Shown piece after piece: positions 12,936-26,135 of a stretch of DNA of 64,000 bases; within the stretch, counting starts at the first letter, position 1; each line of letters opens with the position of its first letter. The DNA lies in NCBI GenBank assembly GCA_038087875.1, contig CM075993.1, forward strand, positions 744,001-808,000, given 5' to 3'. This DNA is from Malacoraja senta (lineage: Eukaryota). The notes under the pieces are model-generated. The model saw nothing but the letters and a program-made list of their open reading frames with translations, searched no databases and was not told the DNA's origin. Both the position numbers and the translations under genes were made by a program.

Positions 12936-13489
12936 TGCTGTGTAGTTCATCATTGATTCCCAAAATATTGCAGGTGAAATCTGTCAAAGTAACCAAAGTG
13001 AGTTACTACAGTACAGATTGTATCCTTATCATATCAGTGGTTGAGGTGAAGACTTGAGACCAATAGCAAAACCACTGATCAATTATATAACTAGTCTAAT
13101 CTGCCTTGAAAAAGTCAAGCTTTGCTCGATCTGCACTCATCCAAATGGTGGTGAATCTCAGCTCTGATGAAGCAAAAAAGAATTATTTGATTTATTCGAA
13201 TGCATCAATGTAAATAATTGTAACAGGATAACATGCTGGACATTGCATCATCAGTCATGGATGCTCCAATCCTGCCAGGAAAGGCACTATGTGGATGATG
13301 GGTGACCTGTAATAGAGCTGTCAATTGGCTCACTCTGTCCATGCAGCAGGGGAACAAGAAGGAAATGCAGAAAAATTGTTATTTGGCTCATTTCAGTTCA
13401 ACCTTCAATGATACAGTACTTTAGTCATTCTGCATCATAAAGCTTAATTCAATGTGGAAAATGTGGATTTTGGGGGTAATCACATCAAA

Positions 13490-13825
13490 AGTGGGATTCC
13501 CACCAAAGTAAACATTATGGGCGACTCGGGCAGTGACTCCACCCAGAACACCGTGGTCCGGGAGTTTATCTCCGCATACTTTAAACCTCAAGTGAAGCCG
13601 CACAGAGAACGGTTGGATTGACTCATCACTTTATGAATGGAGCTGTGTTGAGCCCCATTAGATATATCGTGTTTTAAAATATCCTGGGATTGTAATGTGT
13701 GAGCGTCTCTGTGTGAGAGGGTTGGCCTCTGGAACAGTGGGCTAGTCACTCCCCCCACACATGCACACACACACTACTGCAAAAAAAATCCTTTCGAAGG
13801 CATTTGGAAAGTGCATGAGAGTCAA
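13490..13825 (+). promoter_or_regulatory. Probable promoter/5' UTR of the CSPG4-family gene (AP-1 TGACTCA 13619-13625; GGGATTCCC/TTCCCAC 13493-13503)
   Basis: Unique sequence with retained CpGs directly upstream of the signal-peptide exon. The TSS cannot be determined. Confidence 0.45.
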
Positions 13826-13919
13826 ATGGCTCCTAGGAAGAGATCCGTCTTGCTGGCTACCTCTTCGCTGTTACATCTTTTATACATCTTCCTTGCTGAT
13901 ATTGCATCAGCTTCTGGTG
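13826..13919 (+). CDS. CSPG4: CSPG4-family gene, coding exon 1 (signal peptide MAPRKRSVLLATSSLLHLLYIFLADIASASG + 1 nt)
   Basis: Basic n-region, hydrophobic core and small-residue c-region. Consensus donor G|GTGAGT at 13919/13920 in phase 1; the split codon G+TG (Val) joins in frame to SFFGDG of the next exon. Local CpG retention around 13500-14560. Confidence 0.8.
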
Positions 13920-14679
13920 GTGAGTGATCTTAATTCAACACTTCAACTGTTTCACTTTTTCCTCCAGTACGCTAACTTTCGCTTAAAGCGAATCTGAGAT
14001 TGGATCAGTAGCTAGCTGTCTGGAAGTTGAGCGCATGCTTCAGCTCTGGCATTTCAGTAAGAGGTTTCTGACTACGAGCCTGTTACCAGATTCCACTTGT
14101 TAAGATCAGTGCAGTAAAATGTTATTTGTGACCTTTATTTACTCTTTCCACCGGGTGTTCTGGTGCAACGGTAACGATTCCTAGCAACAACTCTCATGTA
14201 ACACCCGATAGAAGTGCTGGTTGATTCCACCTCTTTTTAAGGGGTAATATCCAGGATCGAGTCGAATAGTTATATGTAAAATAAATTCGTAAGTCATTGT
14301 AATCCCCAAGCAATGAAGTCAATTGATTTAAAGTATCGTCGGGCATAGTACACAGGTCCGCGGAATGAGAGCAGAAAGAGAGGAGGTATACCTTGCCGGG
14401 GTGGGGGGTTTACAATTATGTATGATTTGTTTTTCTCCTATTAAATGTTCACGTTCTGTGTTGACGAAACAAACCCACCGATGCACATACTTTTATCGCA
14501 GAGCTTTTAGATTCGTATCTACCGGATATATCACAGCACAAAGGTTCGTACAAGCAGGGAACGTTTGAACCATTCACCACAATACTGTATCTAACTGGTT
14601 GAGAGCAAAGCATAGAGCAGAGCTTTGGTTGAAAGTGTGATAATGAGATTCAAGTGTAAAGGGAATACAGTGAGGTTTA

Positions 14680-14881
14680 AGTAGGAAGGAACTGCAGATG
14701 CTGGATTACACACCGAGGACAGATACAAAATGCTGGAGTAACTAAGCGGGCAGGCAGCATCTCTGGAGTGAAATAATGGATGAAGTTTCGGGTCTGAAGG
14801 AGGGTCCCGATCCGAAACATCACCCATTCCTTCTCTCCAGAAATGCTGCCTGTCCTGAGTTACTCCAGCTTTTTGTGTCTA
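14680..14881. mobile_element. Fold-back pair of PLE pseudo-LTR copies
   Basis: Minus copy followed directly by plus copy; near-TSD agtgaggttt / agtgagattt. Confidence 0.8.
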
Positions 14882-15793
14882 TAGTGAGATTTGAATTTGT
14901 TTGATTTGTACAAGTGGAACTGTAGCCTTGCCCTTTTGGCCATCCTTGTTCAAGTGAGAAAGATCGTCAATACTATAGTTGTATAATTCGTATTTAAGTG
15001 GCAGAACTATCAGAAACAGACATGCAGAAATCATTTCAAGAAGAACTGAGCGGTGAATCTGGGCGTGGTGTGCTTGGAATGATTCAGGGTGTTCATTCCC
15101 TCTGGTTGATGTGAACCTGTGAATCACAAAATATGTGGATAGCTCTGAGACTCATCAATCAAAGCATGGTCCAAAATCAGAGAATGTGTAAAAAGTTACC
15201 AAAATGTTCATGTGAGAAAGTACAGAATTGCAAACCTTTCTTGTGCACTTTCAAACCAGTCTCTTGATGTTATCCCTGAGTTAGATTTGAAGTTATGTCT
15301 AAAAATGGTCTATTGTTGGGGCATGGGTAAAGCAGCTTATTACATATGTTACAGGAGCCTGATTCCTCTGATAGACTTTATTTCCATAAATAGATCTGAT
15401 TTAACATGCATGCACAGCCCAAATCTCTCATGATTGTTGTAGTTAACTGTAATGTTTAATATCGCTAGGGTAACTGTACGTAAATAGATTTGCTACCGCA
15501 TGTGTAGATGTTGTAATGGACCAACTGCAGTCTTCAAACTCTTAATTTTTTTATGGATTCAGTTCCATATTAAGTAGAATGTCAGCCAACATGTTGGCTC
15601 CCACTATAGAAATAATAACTGCAATGGAGACGACCTTCAGAGAAATTCATGGGCTGCTGGCCAAGGCAAACAGTACACTTTATTTACCATTCTAACTGAA
15701 AATTACAAAATCTAAAAACTGTAATATAATCTTTATATATTGTTTGGCATAGATTATGTTTTAATTCTAAAACCAGAAATTCACAGACTGGAT

Positions 15794-15950
15794 GTGTAGG
15801 AAGGAACTGCAGATGCTATTTTACACCGAAGATAGACAGCTTTTTTTGTCCCAGTCATAGACAAAAAGTGCTGGTGTAACTCAGCGGGGCAGGCAGCATC
15901 TCTGGAGAGAAGGAACGGTGACGTTTCAGGTTGAGACCCTTCTTCAGACT
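15794..15950 (-). mobile_element. Solo PLE pseudo-LTR
   Basis: Family consensus match; direct repeat cagactggat at 15784-15793 and 15945-15954. Confidence 0.8.
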
Positions 15951-16244
15951 GGATATTTCCTAAATCTAATCAATGAATGATATTAAATAGTAACATGTAT
16001 TCAATTGGAATGCATCTGCAGCAGAGAAACAAACAACACCTGGAGCATTGATGCCCAAAATTAGATAGTGCAGCACCTGATTTTAAATTGAAAGCAATCA
16101 AGTGCCGTAGTATTCAGCATGACGTGCATGTGCTCATTCTCTGCTGGATGAATGTAAAATATCATACTTATTTTGGCCCCTTGCTGTGAGTCTGGAACAC
16201 TCACATTACCTTTACAAACGGCTTGATGCCTGTATGCTGTATAT

Positions 16245-16540
16245 TCTGAAGAAGGGTCCTGATTTGAAATGTCAGCTATCCATGTTCTCCAGAGATGCCG
16301 CCTGACCCACTTAATCACTCTAGCATTTTGTGTCTTTCCTTGATAAACCAGCATCTGCAGTTCCTTCTCTCTGTATCCTTGTAATGTCTTCCCTCCTAAC
16401 CACAACAATCATCTGAAGAAGGCTCTCGACCCAAAATGTTCCCTATCCATAGCCTCCGCAGATACTGCCTGACCCACTCAGTTACTCCAGCACTTTGTGT
16501 TTTACTATTGATTCCAACATTTGCAATTCCTTGTGTTTCC
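16245..16540 (+). mobile_element. Two adjacent solo PLE pseudo-LTR copies
   Basis: ctgaagaagg...gatgc...ctccagca...tgcagttcc pattern at ~16245-16370 and ~16412-16540. Confidence 0.75.
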
Positions 16541-18721
16541 ATAATCACAATCTAGATTGTGCTCTGAACTATCAGGTGCACACTTAACTCTACTGGCACT
16601 TTACATCTTCTCAGCAATCACCCTGCTTCTTGGGTCAATACAATAATGATATCTCCAAGAACATAAGAACTAACTCTGGATTGTTCTCCTCATTATCTAC
16701 TTCAGCATGATAGTCTGCACCTGACGTTGGGTTCACATACGGTATTTTTGTATTCTTGACCTAGAACATGGGGCTTGAGGACCTGTCCAAGTGTTTCAAA
16801 AGTTTAAAACCTTGAATATTGTTTCATTCTTGATAATGGGGAAGAATGTGTCTTGGCATCTTTTGGAATCTTTGCTGATGGCACAATTTAGGCTTGGGGC
16901 TCATTTTGACTAATTATTTAGTTTACCTGGGAGCAGACGAGTAGGAGTACAGGGACAACTGGAATGGCAATAGAGGGGCAGAAAGTCTGAAAGTGGTCAA
17001 GTGGGAGGTCAAATCCCCTGGTATGTCTGAAGAAGTTCAGAGACCTGTGGAAGGTGGTTACAGAGTCAAGACATGGGAGCAGCAGACAACTCTGTCCATT
17101 GCAAGAGATGTTGCTTTTATTGCAACATTGCAATTGAGAGAGGGACTTATCAATGTTATAATTAATAGTGCTCCAAGCAGGGTTAAATCTTCACTGGAAT
17201 TTCCAACTTTATCTTTTCAGGAATACCAGCACATTTGAAACGGTTCCTCTCTCATTCTTTATTCGTCGTTCAGGGAGTAAGGCATCACTTCAATCACCAG
17301 CCTTTTCTTCCCCAACACTGAACTGAGGCTGTTGGCCGGAGTCATGGTGCTTAATACCTGCAGACACAACAATCAAAGAGCACTTCATGAAATCAGCTGC
17401 GACTCAGTGCTAAATTTACCACTTAGGATGCACTGAAACACTGACCAGAAAAGTTTCCACATAGAACTGGGTGAGAGAATAATCCTGTGAGGAAGGATTG
17501 CACAGATTGGGGTAATATTCTTAGGGTTTAGGAGATTTGGACATGAAACGATTTGACAGGGCAGATGCTGGGAGACTTTTTCCTTTGGCTGGAAATTCGA
17601 TACCCAGGGGCTTAATGGGAAAATATTGTCTGCCCACATTGTGAATCATTGGAATTCTCTGCATTAGAGATACTTGAAGACAGAATATATTCTAGACTGA
17701 GATAAAAAGATTTTTATAATGCAGTGTAAGCAGGGACCAGAGAACTGGATGACAAAGTGTAATTGTGTAAGAAAGGCAACGAGGGTGGTGAAGCCATGTG
17801 GCTGCCATGTAGTCCTGTTTCCAACGTGTTGGATTAAATATGTTTTGGCAGCAGCTGGAATGTGAAGGTTACTCTCATCACGTCACTGAAAGAGTGAAAA
17901 ACACAAATAAGTATTCTCAACCTGATCATGGTCAAATGATCCCACTTGGAAACATCAGTTGGGTGGTCTTAGGGTGAAGAGTTTCACTGTCATTCACAGT
18001 TGGACAACTTGTGTGGACACAAAGTTTCCACACGTGCAACTAAGGTACCCGGGGATAGTCGATATAGTATTGTGATTGTATTATAGCTCTATTCAGCATC
18101 CCCAAGGAGGAACTTAGAAAAAAAATCCAAATATAGCTTGGTAAGAATTTCATATAATTTGGACATTATTTATGTCACTTGCCATGTATTTACCAGAAGT
18201 TAACCAGTTGGAATAAGATAAGCATACGCCTGGAGTACCTTTCCTGGTTTAGGCTTTCTAGTTCTTTCTCCTCTGTGCTAATTAATTGTGTGATTAAGTA
18301 GAAGATAGAAGTTAATAACTTGTTATGGAATTGAAAGTGCAAATAACATGAAGTTACTTATGACGGACAGTCTTTCTGTTCCCATTTAATGCACCAGATT
18401 CTGATCCCCAGCTGTCTTTAGAGCCTAAAACAGCAATTAACTTGTATTCTACTTATTTGAATGCAAACAATGCTTCAGTATGGGTTAGATAAAAAATGGA
18501 CACCAAGTGGAGGAAAGAATAAACACTGGAAAAGATTGGGATTTTTTTGAAGGATTTAAATTGCAGAGGTTTATGGAGAGAATTCCAAATGGTGGGATGA
18601 AAGGTCTTTAATGTTGCTGAAGTATAGGGATAAGGATCAAACAATAGTTCAGCTTCAAAAGGATGAATCAAGAATCCATTTGTAATAGTTCTTCTTCTTG
18701 TGAATGAAACATAAACCAAAG

Positions 18722-18982
18722 GAATAGTTAGATCTCAAGCCAGGTGTTGAGCAGCCAGGTTGTTGTCTGCATCAATGTCTGCCAGGCCCTGAGCTCCATT
18801 TGGTGGGTGGTAGAGCGGGCACCTAGAGATGATATGGTTGGCTGTCTGTTGTTCTGCTCCGCATTCACAGGCTGGGCTCTGGCGGAGTCCCCATCTCCAC
18901 ATGCTGGCATTGAAACGCCCAACTCCAGTATGAAGTCTGTTGAGCTTCACCCATGCTCCTCTGGTGAGGTAAGACCCTGGAC
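18722..18982 (-). mobile_element. Non-LTR retrotransposon C-terminal fragment (Ingi/Vingi-like, CCHC knuckle)
   Basis: PGSYLTRGAWVKLNRLHTGVGRFNASMWRWGLRQSPACECGAEQQTANHIISRCP: RLxTG...CxCG...TxxHI..CP motif of I-group LINEs. Confidence 0.6.
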
Positions 18983-19127
18983 ATAGTTAATGCCATGTGT
19001 TGCTTTTAACACTGTGTGAATTCTAGTAAATAAGAAGACTTTGTGGGGCAGGTGAGGTGGTGATGCTGAGGAATTATATAGTTATGAAGTCTGGGGTGAA
19101 ATGAGAAAGAAAAGTAGAAGATTAATT

Positions 19128-19550
19128 GGACACAAAATGCTGGAGTAACTCAATGGGTCAGGCAGCATCTCAGGGGAAAATGGATAGGTGATGGAAAATG
19201 GATAGGTGGCGTTTCAGGTTGGGACCCTTCTTCAGATCAGAGTGCAAACATGACTTCAATTCTGGGGACGTTGTCCTAACAGAAGGGTCCCGACCCGAAA
19301 CATCACCTATCTGTTTTCTCCGGAGATGCTACGTGACCCGCTGAATTATTCCAGCAGTTTGTGTCTAACTTTGGTATAACACACCTACAGTTCCTTGTTA
19401 TCACATTAAAAGATAAGTTGGACAGGTATATGGATAGGAAAGATATAGTGGGATATGGGCCAAATACGGGCAGGTGGTATTGTGTAGCTGGGGCATTGTG
19501 GTTGGTATGGGCTTGTTGGGCCGAAGGACCTGTTTACAGGCTGCATGCCC
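19128..19550. mobile_element. Fold-back PLE pseudo-LTR pair (19128-19400) abutting a CR1 3' tail (19405-19550)
   Basis: Inverted family copies separated by a ~45-bp spacer; the tail has the tgggccgaaggacctgttt motif. Confidence 0.7.
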
Positions 19551-20609
19551 ATGGCTCTAAGTTTATTCATTGTGAGTATACCTGCATGGAAGGTTGGGTA
19601 GAAAATTGTGTTGGAGCTTAGGAAGACCAATAAATGAAAATTCAATGAACTGACTATAGGATTATTAACATCAAAAAGAAGAGAAAAATATGACTGAATA
19701 AAAGGCCATAGCACAAGGCTAGTGGTGAGATTGAGATTGTTTTTTCTACAGTGAAGCAATCATGCAAACAATCTGCTGTTATAGAATATGCTCTTAGCAT
19801 TAACTACTCCCATGTTTGACTTTAATGGAGCACCCACATTTCAGGCCGTGTCTGGGATGTGTATCTCAAGAATTCCCCATACCCTCCAGTTTTGTTCCCT
19901 TTTTTTCTACATAATTGTGATATCTCTCTTATATGTAATTGAGAGTGTTTGTACTGGACTGAGAAAGTGAAGTAAAAGATAAATTGGACAACAAATTTCC
20001 TACATAATTGTGATATCTCTCTTGTTGGGATAGTAGCTAATGGACAACAGTTACTCCTCATTGGCGTTGAAGTTCATCTTTCGCAAAATTATTCACCAAG
20101 AAACTTTCTTATTCTTTTTCCTTCAACTTAAAAATAATATTTGCTTTACAAAGAACAGATTAAAAATTAGACATTTTCATAAATTTTATTTCTTAGACTT
20201 GATCCCAGTCCATGTGTTACCGAGGCTTTTGAAAAACAGATGGGTAAGGAAAGGAACATTGGGCCTCAAGTTTAAATTATCCTCACATACTTGAAACGCC
20301 GCCCTAAATCTCATGACAATTGTACATTTCATCTTGTAATTTTCAAGCACTTTTGAAGCTTTGTATTTACCTTTGATGAGTTGTATAATGCAATTAAAAT
20401 GACTCATAGCCCATGAATTTGCCATTAGTGTTCTGGGGCATAATCCTGGACAGCGAGGTTGGAACTTTTATATTTATTTTACTTTTATTTTATTTTCTCA
20501 AATTCACTTTTTGGTTGAAGCTGTGTATGTGTGGATTCTCTGCTTGGCAGGATAGGAATTTCCAGCAGTGCCTCATTAGTTGCTGCTGATTGGGATAGAG
20601 CAATTTGTT

Positions 20610-22671
20610 ATAATCAGGGAAGGTAGTGCATCCGTGGATAACAAGGGAAATCAGGGATAGTATCAAAGCAAAAGATGAAGCATACAAATTAGCCAGAAAA
20701 AGCGGCCTACCAGAGGACTGGGAGAAATTCAGAGTCCAGCAGAGGAGGACAAAGGGTTTAATTAGGAAAGGGAAAATAGATCATGAAAGAAAACTGGCAG
20801 GGAACATAAAAACTGACTGCAAAAGTTTTTATAGATATGTGAAGAGAAAAAGATTAGTTAAAACAAATGTAGGTCCCTTGCAGTCAGAAACAGGTGAATT
20901 GATCATGGGGAACAAGGACATGGCAGACCAATTGAATAACTACTTTGGTTCTGTCTTCACTAAGGAAGACTTAATTAATCTGCCGGAAATAGCAGGGGAC
21001 CGGGGGTCAAATGAGATGGAGGAACTGAGTGAAATCCAGGTTAGCCAGGAAGTGGTGTTAGGTAAATTGAATGGATTAAAGGTCGATAAATCCCCAGGGC
21101 CAGATAGGCTGCATCCCAGAGTACTTAAGGAAGTAGCCCCAGAAATAGTGGATGCATTAGTGATAATTTTTCAAAACTCTTTAGATTCTGGAGTAGTTCC
21201 TGAGGATTGGAGGGTAGCTAATGTAACCCCACTTTTTAAAAAGGGAGGGAGAGAGAAAACGGGGAATTACAGACCAGTTAGTCTAACATCGGTGGTGGGG
21301 AAACTGCTAGAGTCAGTTATTAAAGATGGGATAGCAGCACATTTGGAAAATGGTGAAATCATTGGACAAAGTCAGCATGGATTTATGAAAGGTAAATCAT
21401 GTCTGACGAATCTTATAGAATTTTTCGAGGATGTAACTAGCAGAGTGGATAAGGGAGAACCAGTGGATGTGTTATATCTGGACTTTCAGAAGGCTTTCGA
21501 CAAGGTCCCACATAAGAGATTAATATACAAACTTAAAGCACACGGTATTGGGGGTTCAGTATGTGGATAGAGAACTGGCTGGCAGACAGGAAGCAAAGAG
21601 TAGGAATAAACGGGTCCTTTTCAGAATGGACGGCAGTGACTAGTGGGGTACCGCAAGGCTCAGTGCTGGGACCCCAGCTATTTACAATATATATTAATGA
21701 TTTGGACGAGGGAATTGAATGCAACATCTCCAAGCTTGCGGATGACATGAAGCTGGGGGGCAGTGTTAGCTGTGAGGGGGTGCTAGGAGGCTGCAAGATG
21801 ACTTGGATAGGCTGGGTGAGTGGGCAAATGCATGGCAGATGCAGTATAATGTGGATAAATGTGAGGTTATCCACTTTGGTGGCAAAAACAGGAAAGTAGA
21901 CCATTACCTGAATGGTGGCCGATTAGGAAAAGGGGAGATGCAACGAGACCTGGGTGTCATGGTACACCAGTCATTGAAAGTGGGCATGCAGGTGCAGCAG
22001 GCAGTGAAGAAAGCGAATGGTATGTTAGCATTCATAGCAAAAGGATTTGAGTATAGGAGCAGGGAGGTTCTACTGCAGTTGTACAGGGTCTTGGTGAGAC
22101 CACACCTGGAGTATTGCGTACAGTTTTGGTCTCCTAATCTGAGGAAGGACATTCTTGCCATAGAGGGAGTACAGAGAAGGTTCGCCAGACTGATTACTGG
22201 GATGTCAGGACTTTCATTTGAGGAAAGACTGGATAGACTCGGCTTGTACTTGCTGGAATTTAGAAGATTGAGGGGGGATCTTATAGAAACGTACAAAATT
22301 CTTAAGGGGTTGGACAGGCTAGATGCAGGAAGATTGTTCCCGATGTTGGGGAAGTCCAGAACAAGGGGTCACAGTTTAAGGATAAAGGGGAAATCTTTTA
22401 GGACTGAGATGAGAAAAGCATTTTTTACACAGAGAGTGGTGAATCGCTGGAATTCTCTACCACAGAATGTAGTTGAGGCCAGTTCATTGGCTATATTTAA
22501 GAGGGAGTTAGATGTGGCCCTTGTGGCTAAACGGATCAGGGGGTATGGAGAGAAAGCAGGTACAGGATACTGAGTTGGATGATCAGCCATGATCATATTG
22601 AATGGCGGTACTGGCTCGAAGGGCCGAATGGCCTACTCCTGCACCTATTTTCTATGTTTCTATGTTTCTAT
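20610..22671 (+). mobile_element. Young 5'-truncated CR1 (HER1-like) LINE: RT ORF2 with two frameshifts and intact 3' end
   Basis: [60 protein letters not shown] motifs; 3' hairpin and (tttctatg)n octamer tail. Confidence 0.93.
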
Positions 22672-24169
22672 ACCTGATCTTTGAAGCAAAAAAGGGCCCA
22701 GTCTTTTGATTCTACAAAACTTGAGTATAAATGTAACATAGTGTGTATTTGACAGAACTATACAAAGTCAAACGTGATATTTCTTGTGCTACTGGAGTCA
22801 TGATGATGCCAAATTGGGAGTGAATCATTTGGCATTTGGAGTTCCACTATATTTATCTCTGGAGACAGCAGCTTTACCAATATTTTCCAGGAGATTAATA
22901 CTTGTATCGATAACATGTCATATAATTATGTGATTTGATGAAGAAACAGGCTTCATTGAGAAGTATATCTCCCTTCATGCCGCATTACATCTGCATGACA
23001 TCAGAGCATAGAAGCATTTTCCTGTGCAAACAGATAACCTGAAGAAATGAATTTGAATCTATCTATATATATCCTGCATTCCACTGAGGATGAGCACAAT
23101 TGAATTTAACAAATTCATTTATGTTTACTATTTCAAAATTGTCTTTCTTGTTTTCAAGGCGCTCCATGTTCTTACCCTTCCCCCCCTCTGTAAGCACCTT
23201 ACAACATCATGACTCTCGGAGATCTCTGCGTTGCTTTAATTTCTGTATTCTTTCCTTCAATTCCAGCTTTAAATATTTGTGGCCAGTTCCTTAGCTGCCA
23301 ACATCCAAATTCTGGAAACTTTTTATTTCTTGAAACCTTTCTATTTCTTTGCATTCTTTTCCTAAATGTCTATTTCTTTGACTAAGCCTTTCGTCATCTG
23401 CTCTGACATCTCATCATTTAGCTATGTTGATAATTCTACATAGCACATTTTTGCACCATATAAGTGAAAGTTGTTGTTGTAATATTCTGAGCTAGGTGAC
23501 ACAGCTGAGTACCGTCTGTTCAGAGTAGATTGGTAACCTCTGGCATTTTCTTTCCAATGTCAATTTTCAGTAATTTGGAATTTGGAATTTTGCCTTAACT
23601 TTGAACCATGCTCTGCCAGATTGGCTGCAGATTCCTAGCACACATTTTGGCTTCAGCTGAACCTAGTTATGTTGTTTATTAACTCTTTAACATCCTGCAG
23701 AAACTTGACATGATTATTGTGAGTTCAAGGACTCATCATGATATAGTTATATGTAGTCTCAACTCTGCCCTGCTTTCAAAAACTTGCTCCAACCATTCTG
23801 TTTTGCATTACCTAGCTATTACCTTTACTATTCAGATTCAATCTGCCTGCCTTTCCCTCCCATTTGGTGTCAACACATTCATTTTTCATGTTGTCACATT
23901 ACTAATGCAATGACATCTAGTCCATGCAAGATGGAGGGCAGATCAGAGCACATCAGGATACTCATCTAGATGTGACAGTCATGCTTTCAGCAGCAGAAGT
24001 TTGAAGTAGTTGGAGACAGGTGATCAATGGTACAAAATCAAAGTTTAGCTTAGTGTCCAATTGTAGGCATAGGTTGTTAATTGTCTGAGTCAGCCAAAGG
24101 TAATGGCCAGTGAAAGGGTGGAAATTGGTCAAGTGTCAAGTGTGTTTTCTGGCCAAAATGGAACAATAA

Positions 24170-24600
24170 TATATGAATGGGCAGCATTCACCACTTTTTG
24201 CAATTTTCTTCCTTCTTCAGCGATTGAGCTGCCGAACCAGGTCGCTCATTCTTCCTCTTCCAAAGTCCATAATCAATTCCATGATCTTACTGACATTGAG
24301 AGCAAGGTTGTTGTTCTGGCACCATTTGGTCAGTCAATCGATTCCTCCCTCTCCGATTTATTGTCACCTATAATTCGTCCAAAAACAGTCGTGTTGTCGG
24401 CGAACCTGAAGATGGAGTTCGAACAGTGTCCGTTACACAGTCATGAGTATGAATTGAGTAGAGCAGGGTGCTGAGCAAATAGCCTTGAGGTGCTCCCGTG
24501 CTGAAGGTTATCGAGGAGGAAGTATTGCTGGCAATTCTTACAGATTATGGTCTGTTGATAAGGAAGTCAAGGATCCAGTTGCAGAGGGATGCACAGAGAA
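24170..24600 (-). mobile_element. Rex1/Babar-like LINE RT fragment
   Basis: Minus strand encodes STGAPQG...HDC...NSIFRFADNTTVFGRI (degenerate FADDT catalytic motif). Confidence 0.7.
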
Positions 24601-25859
24601 GACAGAAAGGACTAAGGCATCACTATTCCTAATCTTTAACCAGTAATGTAAGGATGGACAACAATAGTGTAGGAACCGATCAATTCACAAAGTAGTCAGG
24701 TATTGGAGGGCAAACAATGTGAAAGTTTGTGGTACATGGACGCTGAAGCGTGCACAATTGAGGTTTGTCAGTGATGAAAGAGGTCTGCGATGAAGAAAAC
24801 CTGGAGATGTAATTAACAATGTTATAATTAACATAAATAATGTTAATTATATTGTGGGCATTCTTCTGCAGGGAACTGGCAGAGTTTCAAGAAGTACCTG
24901 ATGTCCTGGAAGCGACTAAAATATAGAACTTTTATTGTGTTGGTGAAAGTGAATGAAATATAATAGGATGGGTCAGTATTGCTTCTGGAGCATTGTGCAG
25001 TTTACAGTTGAGCACTGAGCCCGTGCCTCAGTAATCCTGCATGGGGTTGATCCTGAATTAGTGCAGTAATGTAGAACAGATGGTGATGGGGTGACAGCCC
25101 ATTTTACATCTCTGTCCATTTTTATTTTTATTGACTTCAATACTTCAATTGGTTTATTGTGATATGATTACCAATCACAGTCAATTTTGTGGTGTCTGAC
25201 AGAACAACAATTTATTATTCACCTATCTGTGGGTAGGCTTCAGATAACGCAGCATGTCTTTTGCAAAAGAATGGCCACTTTATAATTATCCTTTAAATTA
25301 TTTATATACAATTAATTATAGATCATATCCATTTATTTCCTGAGATTTTTTTTATTGATATAAAAAATAAAATATGAATTTATTTTTGTGTTCATATATT
25401 TATAAATTCATAAGCATGGTATACTCTACCGATTATCCGTCTGGCTAAAGTTAAATTACTAGTACAGATGCAGCCATGATCACGAGTGCTGGCAATATAC
25501 AATTTTCACAAACATAAATTTTCCAAGAGAACTCAGATGAATTGTTTTGGAGATGGCAGACAGGGCTAATACTGGGACTTAGACCATCAGATGAAATGAA
25601 ACCTGCATAGTTTATCACTTCTGCTAAACTAAAACATGTGCAAGGTAAGCAATTTGATTTGGGAATCCTTCTGCCTACAAAAAGGTAGAAATGATAATCA
25701 ATATTGAGACTCTGTGTTTTAAAGAAATATATGCATCATATGGTTTCCTGCCGGTCAAAAGTACATCTTGTTGATAAATAAATCAAGCTACACTCTCAGG
25801 TGAAATCTCAATCCCTTGTTTATTTATGCCCTTTAGGAAGGTTTGTGGTAGAAATAAAA

Positions 25860-26135
25860 TTAAGAATTGTCTTTTCATGTCTGTGCAAAACTTCAAAGTT
25901 CTTCACAATCAATTGATCAATTTTGAAGTGGCTGATGGAGGTGAAGGGTGACAGTAAATCCATCAACATCAAGTTACCCAATATTTGCTAGCAAGAGTTG
26001 AGGGAGGAATGTTGACGTGGAATACTTTCTGCTCTTTCGTCTATTATAGCATGATGGGGGTTTTAATGACCACCTGAAGTACCAGAACAGTCGGTTTAAT
26101 GTCTCAGCTGAAAATTTGCACCTTTAACTCTGCAC
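25860..26135 (-). mobile_element. DeuSINE (SacSINE1/AmnSINE1-type) relic
   Basis: Minus strand ggtgc...tttcagctgagacattaaaccga...tcaggtgg...taaaa...cccat...gaaagagcag...tccctcaac resembles the Deu-domain as recalled. Confidence 0.55.

Noticed and set aside
20626-22573. CR1 ORF2 as an active reverse transcriptase
   Set aside because: 5'-truncated (no endonuclease) and broken by two frameshifts.
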